Source: a virus (taxonomy: Duplodnaviria > Heunggongvirae > Uroviricota > Caudoviricetes). From it: 33,339 bases of DNA. The position numbers were made by a program, and so were the translations under genes. The stretch is from IMG/VR virus record IMGVR_UViG_2531839180_000001. One strand, given 5' to 3'. Below are positions 26,469 through 33,339 of the stretch, in pieces. The notes beneath the pieces are model-generated. The model worked only from the letters and a program-made list of their open reading frames with translations. It did no database searches and was not told the DNA's origin. Position 1 is the first letter of the stretch. Each line of letters opens with the position of its first letter.

Positions 26469-27277
26469 TAATGCCAGTCAGTTAAGCAACTGACTGGCTC
26501 TTTTTCGGGGCTGTGGGGTATTTCCAGGGCCTCTCCTTTACCACTCTCGGGAAGGCCCTTTCCCTTCTTGTCGGTAATTTCACTGGTTGTCCCATACTTG
26601 CAAGATCGCGCATCAGCTCCGGTATACGTCCCGGTGAAGCGCATGGCGTCCGTCATCGACGTCAGCAGATGGCTGGTCAGTTCCATCTGGCAGACCATTT
26701 TGACCTGCGGGTAGAGCGCCGGGTTCTCGGCATGTGTCTGGCGGGGGAAGGCTGCATCGTTCTCTGGTGTATCCGGTGTGCGCCAGAACACACCATCGAT
26801 GGCCAGCAGGGTCAGGCCGCACCAGTGCGGATGCAGCGTGGCGTTATGCCAGAGCTGCGCTGTTTTCGTGAACACGCGTCGGACAGCCTCACTTCCCAGG
26901 CGCTGGCGGGCCTGAATAACGGCACTGGGGGCAACGAAGGGGCGATTGCCCGGCAGCATGATGTCCAGGCGATTCACAATCTGGTGAAGAGGTTCTTTAC
27001 GCTCAAGCGCCATGCCAACAATACACCAGACCATCATTTCGAGGGGAAGACGGCGCTTGCGTAGCGTTACAGTACCTGATTCGGCAAGGCAACGAGAGAT
27101 GAGTTCGGGGTCGAGGTAATCCCCCAGAGAAGTCAGTGGGTTACGCAGAGAATCGTAACGGGATACCAAATCAAGGGCCTGTCCAATGAGCATAAAAAAA
27201 TCCGGAAACGAGTGAGCGTTTCCGGATTCTTACACAGGCACTGGATCGGTCAACTGATCCTTAACTGATCGGCATTA
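26469..27277 (-). mobile_element. IS4 derivative with internal deletions (about 0.8 kb, non-autonomous)
   Basis: Imperfect terminal inverted repeats beginning TAATGCC at both ends; transposase N-terminal ~180 aa and last ~45 aa colinear with IS4 transposase as I recall it; middle missing. Confidence 0.8.
26482..27193 (-). pseudogene. IS4 transposase remnant (internally deleted, frame disrupted)
   Basis: Track ORF 26414..27193 is IS4-like to about residue 180 then out of frame; authentic C-terminus ...RVVKERPWKYPTAPKKSQSVA readable in another frame, ending at 26482. Confidence 0.75.
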
Positions 27278-27290
27278 CAGCTCAAGGCTG
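27278..27290. repeat. 13-bp target-site duplication, right copy (CAGCTCAAGGCTG)
   Basis: Identical to 26456-26468; with the flanks it reconstitutes the hairpin AAAAACGGCAGC-TCAAGG-CTGCCGTTTT. Confidence 0.8.
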
Positions 27291-27313
27291 CCGTTTTGTG
27301 TTTCAGGTTTCTG

Positions 27314-28051
27314 TTATGTATTGCTGCTGTTTGCGGCGATGATTTTCGCTACTTTTTCAGCTTGCGCATTCATCTGCATCTGACGGTATGCATTTTCCAT
27401 CAGCGGCAGCGCATCACGCGTAGCCTGGGTATCCGGGTAGTCGCGCAACATGCCTTCTACGCGGTTAACGACGGCAACCCATGCGCCACGTTCTGTATAG
27501 TACTCGGCAACGGAGTATTCATATTTCGCCAGACGATCTTTCAGGAATACCAGACGTTTGGTGGCATCGGTGGTGTACTGACTGTTCGGATAGCCGCGCA
27601 CCAGTTTGGAAAAGTCACTAAACGCAGCTCGTGCATGTTGAGGATCGCGATCGCTACGATCGACGCCAAAGAACCCTTGCAGTGCACTGTCATCGAGCGC
27701 CATATTGGTCAGGCCACGCATGTACATGACATAATCGATATTCGGATGGGTCGGGTTAAGGCGAATAAAACGATCGATGGCAGCCTGTGCTAACGGCAAA
27801 TCGGCGTTTTTATAGTAGGCGTAGATGAGATCCAGCTGCACCTGCTGCGAATACGGACCAAACGGATAGCGATTATCTAACGCTTCCAGTTGCGTTATTG
27901 CCTGTCTCCAGTTACCGTCCTGCAGCTTTTGTTGTGCAGTCGCGTAAATTTCATTTGGCGGATTATCAGGTACTTCTTCCTTTGACCCCGAGCAACCCGC
28001 CAAAAACAGGCTTAGTGTGGCGGCTGCCACCAGATATTTCATGCGCGTCAT
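27314..28051 (-). CDS. bamD: outer membrane protein assembly factor BamD (lipoprotein)
   Basis: 245 aa; lipobox LAGC near the N-terminus; conserved divergent arrangement with rluD. Confidence 0.95.
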
Positions 28052-28185
28052 GACGTTTTGACTTTCCTCAAAATGTAATACGGGAGATTCTCTGTTCCTG
28101 CTCCCGGTTAAGACCAGCTACAATAGCACACTATATTAAACGGCAAAGCCGTAAAACCCCAACGATAAACGAAGAAGCAGTATAT

Positions 28186-29166
28186 ATGGCACAACGAGTA
28201 CAGCTCACTGCAACGGTGTCCGAAAACCAACTCGGTCAACGCTTAGATCAGGCTTTGGCCGAAATGTTCCCGGATTATTCACGTTCGCGAATAAAAGAAT
28301 GGATCCTCGACCAGCGCGTGCTGGTTAACGGCAAAGTTTGCGATAAGCCGAAAGAAAAAGTATTGGGTGGCGAGCAGGTGGCCATCAACGCTGAGATTGA
28401 AGAAGAAGCGCGTTTTGAACCGCAGGATATCCCGCTGGATATCGTCTATGAAGATGAAGATATCATCGTCATTAATAAACCACGCGACCTGGTGGTACAT
28501 CCTGGCGCGGGTAACCCGGATGGCACGGTACTGAATGCGTTGCTTCATTATTATCCGCCCATTGCCGATGTACCGCGTGCGGGCATCGTCCATCGTCTGG
28601 ATAAAGACACCACCGGCCTGATGGTTGTGGCAAAAACCGTTCCGGCTCAGACGCGTTTAGTCGAATCTTTGCAACGGCGTGAAATTACTCGTGAGTATGA
28701 AGCGGTGGCAATTGGTCATATGACCGCTGGCGGTACAGTAGATGAACCAATCAGCCGCCACCCGACCAAACGTACTCACATGGCGGTGCATCCGATGGGT
28801 AAACCGGCGGTCACTCACTATCGCATCATGGAACACTTCCGTGTGCACACGCGTCTGCGGTTGCGTCTGGAAACCGGACGTACGCACCAGATCCGCGTGC
28901 ATATGGCCCATATCACTCATCCGCTGGTGGGCGATCCGGTTTATGGCGGCCGTCCGCGTCCGCCAAAAGGTGCTTCGGAAGCGTTTATCTCCACGCTGCG
29001 TAAGTTTGACCGCCAGGCGCTTCATGCAACCATGCTGCGTCTTTATCACCCGATCTCCGGCATCGAAATGGAATGGCATGCGCCTATTCCACAAGATATG
29101 GTGGAGCTGATTGAGGTGATGCGCGCCGATTTCGAAGAGCATAAGGATGAAGTGGACTGGTTATGA
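28186..29166 (+). CDS. rluD: 23S rRNA pseudouridine synthase RluD
   Basis: 326 aa; N-terminal S4-like region and HRLDKDTTG catalytic-aspartate motif. Confidence 0.95.
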   Translation: MAQRVQLTATVSENQLGQRLDQALAEMFPDYSRSRIKEWILDQRVLVNGKVCDKPKEKVLGGEQVAINAEIEEEARFEPQDIPLDIVYEDEDIIVINKPRDLVVHPGAGNPDGTVLNALLHYYPPIADVPRAGIVHRLDKDTTGLMVVAKTVPAQTRLVESLQRREITREYEAVAIGHMTAGGTVDEPISRHPTKRTHMAVHPMGKPAVTHYRIMEHFRVHTRLRLRLETGRTHQIRVHMAHITHPLVGDPVYGGRPRPPKGASEAFISTLRKFDRQALHATMLRLYHPISGIEMEWHAPIPQDMVELIEVMRADFEEHKDEVDWL

Positions 29167-29894
29167 GTAAGCTGATTGTCCCGCAGTGGCCGCTGCCAAA
29201 AGGTGTTGCGGCCTGTAGCTCTACCCGTATCGGCGGCGTGAGCTTGCCGCCGTATGACTCGCTCAACCTCGGTGCCCATTGTGGCGATAACCCGGATCAC
29301 GTCGAGGAAAATCGTAAGCGACTTTTTGCTGCGGGCAATTTGCCTTCAAAACCGGTCTGGCTTGAGCAGGTACACGGCAAAGATGTGCTTAAGCTTACTG
29401 GCGAACCTTATGCCTCAAAACGAGCGGATGCCTCTTATAGCAATACGCCCGGCACGGTTTGCGCCGTGATGACGGCTGACTGCCTCCCTGTGCTGTTTTG
29501 CAATCGAGCGGGAACGGAAGTCGCCGCCGCTCATGCTGGCTGGCGTGGACTGTGCGCAGGCGTGCTGGAAGAGACGGTTTCCTGTTTTGCTGATAATCCC
29601 GAAAACATTCTCGCCTGGTTAGGGCCGGCAATTGGTCCACGCGCGTTTGAAGTGGGAGCGGAGGTTCGCGAGGCGTTTATGGCAGTAGACGCCAAAGCGA
29701 GTGCAGCTTTCATTCAGCATGGAGATAAATATCTGGCGGATATTTATCAGCTTGCCCGGCAGCGTCTGGCGAACGTTGGTGTTGAGCAAATTTTCGGCGG
29801 CGACCGTTGTACATATACGGAAAATGAGACATTCTTCTCTTATCGTCGCGACAAGACCACCGGTCGTATGGCAAGTTTCATTTGGCTGATATAA
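29163..29894 (+). CDS. pgeF: YfiH/PgeF family protein
   Basis: 243 aa; overlaps the rluD stop by 4 nt as in the conserved rluD-yfiH pair. Confidence 0.9.
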   Translation: MSKLIVPQWPLPKGVAACSSTRIGGVSLPPYDSLNLGAHCGDNPDHVEENRKRLFAAGNLPSKPVWLEQVHGKDVLKLTGEPYASKRADASYSNTPGTVCAVMTADCLPVLFCNRAGTEVAAAHAGWRGLCAGVLEETVSCFADNPENILAWLGPAIGPRAFEVGAEVREAFMAVDAKASAAFIQHGDKYLADIYQLARQRLANVGVEQIFGGDRCTYTENETFFSYRRDKTTGRMASFIWLI

Positions 29895-29956
29895 CCTAAA
29901 GAATCAAGACGATCCGGTACGCGTGATTTTCTTTTCACATTAATCTGGTCAATAAC

Positions 29957-29985
29957 CTTGAATAATTGAGGGATGACCTCATTTA
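29957..29985 (+). promoter_or_regulatory. sigma32 heat-shock promoter of clpB
   Basis: CTTGAATA, 13-bp spacer, CCTCATTTA fits the sigma32 consensus CTTGAAA / CCCCATNT. Confidence 0.55.
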
Positions 29986-30023
29986 ATCTCCAGTAGCAAC
30001 TTTGATCCGTTATGGGAGGAGTT

Positions 30024-32597
30024 ATGCGTCTGGATCGTCTTACTAATAAATTCCAGCTTGCTCTTGCCGATGCCCAATCACTTGCACTCGGGCACGACAA
30101 CCAATTCATCGAACCACTTCATTTAATGAGCGCCCTGCTGAATCAGGAAGGGGGTTCGGTTAGTCCTTTATTAACATCCGCCGGCATCAATGCTGGTCAG
30201 TTGCGCACAGATATCAATCAGGCATTAAATCGTTTACCGCAGGTTGAAGGCACTGGTGGCGATGTCCAGCCCTCACAGGATCTGGTGCGCGTTCTTAATC
30301 TTTGCGACAAGCTGGCGCAAAAACGTGGTGATAATTTTATCTCGTCAGAACTGTTCGTTCTGGCGGCACTTGAGTCTCGCGGCACGCTGGCCGACATCCT
30401 GAAAGCAGCAGGGGCGACCACCGCCAACATTACTCAAGCGATTGAACAAATGCGTGGAGGTGAAAGCGTGAACGATCAAGGAGCTGAAGACCAACGTCAG
30501 GCTTTGAAAAAATACACTATCGACCTCACCGAACGAGCCGAACAAGGCAAACTCGATCCGGTGATTGGCCGTGATGAAGAAATTCGCCGTACCATTCAGG
30601 TACTGCAACGTCGTACTAAAAATAACCCGGTGCTGATTGGTGAACCAGGCGTTGGTAAAACAGCCATCGTTGAAGGTCTGGCTCAGCGTATTATCAATGG
30701 CGAAGTGCCGGAAGGGTTGAAAGGCCGCCGCGTACTGGCGCTGGATATGGGCGCGCTGGTGGCTGGGGCGAAATATCGCGGTGAGTTTGAAGAGCGTTTA
30801 AAAGGCGTACTTAACGATCTTGCCAAACAGGAAGGCAACGTCATCCTGTTTATCGACGAATTACATACCATGGTCGGCGCGGGTAAAGCCGATGGCGCAA
30901 TGGATGCCGGCAACATGCTGAAACCGGCGCTGGCGCGTGGTGAATTGCACTGCGTAGGTGCCACGACACTGGACGAATATCGCCAGTACATCGAAAAAGA
31001 TGCTGCGCTGGAACGTCGTTTCCAGAAAGTGTTTGTTGCCGAGCCAACCGTGGAAGACACCATTGCTATTCTGCGTGGCCTGAAAGAACGTTATGAACTG
31101 CACCACCATGTGCAAATTACTGACCCGGCAATTGTTGCAGCGGCGACGTTGTCTCATCGCTACATTGCTGACCGTCAGCTGCCGGATAAAGCCATCGACC
31201 TAATCGATGAAGCAGCATCCAGCATTCGTATGCAGATTGACTCAAAACCAGAGGAACTCGACCGACTCGATCGTCGTATCATCCAGCTCAAACTGGAACA
31301 ACAGGCGCTAATGAAAGAGTCTGATGAAGCCAGTAAAAAACGCCTGGATATGCTCAACGAAGAACTGAGCGACAAAGAACGTCAGTATTCCGAGTTAGAA
31401 GAAGAGTGGAAAGCTGAGAAAGCATCGCTCTCTGGTACGCAGACCATTAAAGCGGAACTGGAGCAGGCGAAAATCGCCATTGAACAGGCTCGCCGTGTTG
31501 GGGATCTGGCGCGGATGTCTGAACTGCAATACGGCAAAATTCCAGAACTGGAAAAGCAACTGGAAGCCGCTACGCAGCTCGAAGGCAAAACTATGCGTCT
31601 CTTGCGTAATAAAGTGACCGACGCCGAAATTGCTGAAGTGCTGGCGCGTTGGACGGGGATTCCGGTTTCTCGCATGATGGAAAGCGAGCGCGAAAAACTG
31701 CTGCGTATGGAGCAAGAACTGCACCATCGCGTTATTGGTCAGAACGAAGCGGTTGATGCGGTATCTAACGCTATTCGTCGTAGCCGTGCGGGGCTTGCGG
31801 ATCCAAATCGCCCGATTGGTTCATTTCTGTTCCTTGGGCCAACTGGTGTGGGTAAAACTGAACTTTGTAAGGCGCTGGCGAACTTTATGTTCGATAGCGA
31901 CGAGGCGATGGTTCGTATCGATATGTCCGAATTTATGGAGAAACACTCGGTGTCTCGTCTGGTTGGTGCGCCTCCGGGATATGTCGGTTATGAAGAAGGT
32001 GGCTACCTGACCGAAGCGGTGCGTCGTCGTCCGTATTCCGTCATCCTGCTGGATGAAGTGGAAAAAGCGCATCCGGATGTCTTCAACATTCTGTTGCAGG
32101 TACTGGATGATGGGCGTCTGACTGACGGGCAGGGGAGAACGGTCGACTTCCGTAATACGGTTGTCATTATGACCTCTAACCTCGGTTCCGATTTGATTCA
32201 GGAACGCTTCGGTGAACTGGATTATGCGCACATGAAAGAGCTGGTACTCGGTGTGGTAAGCCATAACTTCCGTCCGGAATTCATTAACCGTATCGATGAA
32301 GTGGTGGTCTTCCATCCGCTGGGTGAACAGCACATTACGTCGATTGCGCAGATTCAGTTGAAACGTCTGTACAAACGTCTGGAAGAACGTGGTTATGAAA
32401 TCCACATTTCTGACGAGGCGCTGAAACTGCTGAGCGAGAACGGTTACGATCCGGTCTATGGTGCACGTCCTCTGAAACGTGCTATCCAGCAGCAGATCGA
32501 AAACCCGCTGGCACAGCAAATACTGTCTGGTGAATTGGTTCCGGGTAAAGTTATTCGCCTGGAAGTTAATGAAGACAGGATTGTCGCCGTCCAGTAA
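30024..32597 (+). CDS. clpB: chaperone disaggregase ClpB
   Basis: 857 aa from ATG 30024 (GGAGG RBS; track ORF starts 12 nt earlier); two AAA+ modules with GEPGVGKT and GPTGVGKT Walker A motifs. Confidence 0.97.
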   Translation: MRLDRLTNKFQLALADAQSLALGHDNQFIEPLHLMSALLNQEGGSVSPLLTSAGINAGQLRTDINQALNRLPQVEGTGGDVQPSQDLVRVLNLCDKLAQKRGDNFISSELFVLAALESRGTLADILKAAGATTANITQAIEQMRGGESVNDQGAEDQRQALKKYTIDLTERAEQGKLDPVIGRDEEIRRTIQVLQRRTKNNPVLIGEPGVGKTAIVEGLAQRIINGEVPEGLKGRRVLALDMGALVAGAKYRGEFEERLKGVLNDLAKQEGNVILFIDELHTMVGAGKADGAMDAGNMLKPALARGELHCVGATTLDEYRQYIEKDAALERRFQKVFVAEPTVEDTIAILRGLKERYELHHHVQITDPAIVAAATLSHRYIADRQLPDKAIDLIDEAASSIRMQIDSKPEELDRLDRRIIQLKLEQQALMKESDEASKKRLDMLNEELSDKERQYSELEEEWKAEKASLSGTQTIKAELEQAKIAIEQARRVGDLARMSELQYGKIPELEKQLEAATQLEGKTMRLLRNKVTDAEIAEVLARWTGIPVSRMMESEREKLLRMEQELHHRVIGQNEAVDAVSNAIRRSRAGLADPNRPIGSFLFLGPTGVGKTELCKALANFMFDSDEAMVRIDMSEFMEKHSVSRLVGAPPGYVGYEEGGYLTEAVRRRPYSVILLDEVEKAHPDVFNILLQVLDDGRLTDGQGRTVDFRNTVVIMTSNLGSDLIQERFGELDYAHMKELVLGVVSHNFRPEFINRIDEVVVFHPLGEQHITSIAQIQLKRLYKRLEERGYEIHISDEALKLLSENGYDPVYGARPLKRAIQQQIENPLAQQILSGELVPGKVIRLEVNEDRIVAVQ

Positions 32598-32604
32598 TGA
32601 TAAA

Positions 32605-32630
32605 ACGAGCCCTTTGGGGCTCGTTTTTGT
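32605..32630 (+). terminator. clpB rho-independent terminator
   Basis: ACGAGCCC / GGGCTCGT stem followed by TTTTTGT. Confidence 0.75.
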
Positions 32631-32711
32631 CTATAAATTAGACGGAAAAGACTATATTCAAGATGTTTTGCCTGAAAAATGAGCGAACGATAAAGTTTTT
32701 ATATTTTTCGC

Positions 32712-32739
32712 TTGTCAGGCCGGAATAACTCCCTATAAT
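32712..32739 (+). promoter_or_regulatory. rRNA operon promoter P1 (TTGTCA, 16 bp, TATAAT) with A/T-rich UP element upstream
   Basis: Hexamers read directly; AT-rich tract 32680-32710. Confidence 0.8.
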
Positions 32740-32830
32740 GCGCCACCACTGACACGGAACAACGGCAAACACGCCGCCGGGTCAGCGGGGTTCTCCTGAG
32801 AATCTCAACAGAGAAAAGCAAAAAAAACGC

Positions 32831-32858
32831 TTGACTCTGTAGCGGGAAAGCGTATTAT
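32831..32858 (+). promoter_or_regulatory. rRNA operon promoter P2 (TTGACT, 16 bp, TATTAT)
   Basis: Hexamers read directly, about 120 bp downstream of P1. Confidence 0.75.
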
Positions 32859-32895
32859 GCACACCCCGCGCCGCTGAGAAAAAGCGAAGCGGCAC

Positions 32896-32908
32896 TGCTC
32901 TTTAACAA
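32896..32908 (+). promoter_or_regulatory. boxA antitermination element of the rRNA leader
   Basis: TGCTCTTTAACAA matches the rrn boxA consensus. Confidence 0.75.
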
Positions 32909-33039
32909 TTTATCAGACAATCTGTGTGGGCACTCGAAGATACGGATTCTTAACGTCGCAAGACGAAAAATGAATACCAAGTCTCAAGAGTGAACACGTA
33001 ATTCATTACGAAGTTTAATTCTTTGAGCATCAAACTTTT

Positions 33040-33339
33040 AAATTGAAGAGTTTGATCATGGCTCAGATTGAACGCTGGCGGCAGGCCTAACACATGCAAG
33101 TCGAACGGTAACAGGAATCAGCTTGCTGATTCGCTGACGAGTGGCGGACGGGTGAGTAATGTCTGGGAAACTGCCTGATGGAGGGGGATAACTACTGGAA
33201 ACGGTAGCTAATACCGCATAACGTCGCAAGACCAAAGAGGGGGACCTTCGGGCCTCTTGCCATCGGATGTGCCCAGATGGGATTAGCTAGTAGGTGGGGT
33301 AACGGCTCACCTAGGCGACGATCCCTAGCTGGTCTGAGA
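33040..33339 (+). rRNA. rrs: 16S ribosomal RNA, 5' partial (first 300 nt)
   Basis: Starts AAATTGAAGAGTTTGATCATGGCTCAG; Escherichia-type sequence with a variant V1 helix (GGAATCAGCTTGCTGATTC). Confidence 0.97.

Noticed and set aside
26414-27193. Track ORF of 259 aa called as an intact protein
   Set aside because: Only the first ~180 aa are IS4 transposase; the rest is out-of-frame read-through beyond the element end, so it is annotated as a transposase remnant.
30012-30023. clpB start at the first ATG (MGGVMRL...)
   Set aside because: That ATG overlaps the SD itself; the ATG at 30024 has GGAGG at correct spacing and gives the expected 857-aa protein.

Overview
Escherichia-type chromosomal segment. 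Positions 1 to about 25.8 kb are the late (head, lysis, tail) half plus the right-end accessory region of a P2-like myovirus prophage; the rest (25.9-33.3 kb) is the conserved raiA-bamD-rluD-pgeF-clpB locus running into the first 300 nt of a 16S rRNA gene. The prophage has a canonical P2-type head module (portal, terminase, scaffold, capsid, small terminase, head completion) but a rearranged tail module, with sheath, tube and the holin-endolysin pair placed ahead of the chaperone and tape measure, and the baseplate and fibre block after them. Most worth a second look: (1) a second fibre-like gene sharing the baseplate-anchor N-terminus of the main fibre but carrying an AT-rich foreign segment and an alpha-helical enzyme-like C-terminus; (2) a Mu mom-style cassette in which a Com zinc-finger gene overlaps a DPPY adenine methyltransferase whose ribosome-binding site sits in a hairpin, behind three clustered GATC sites; (3) an unlisted 46-codon hok-family toxin ORF; (4) an internally deleted IS4 copy inserted in the bamD terminator hairpin with 13-bp target duplications; (5) a -1 frameshift site (A7) giving the E/E+E' tail chaperone pair. 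Two small unknown genes sit at the cos-proximal edge in the position of the P2 tin/old variable region. No integrase, repressor or replication genes, tRNA or CRISPR array is in the window; the early region must lie left of position 1. Family assignments are from reading the translations and from memory of the families, not from searches; hand-derived coordinates may be off by a few nt.
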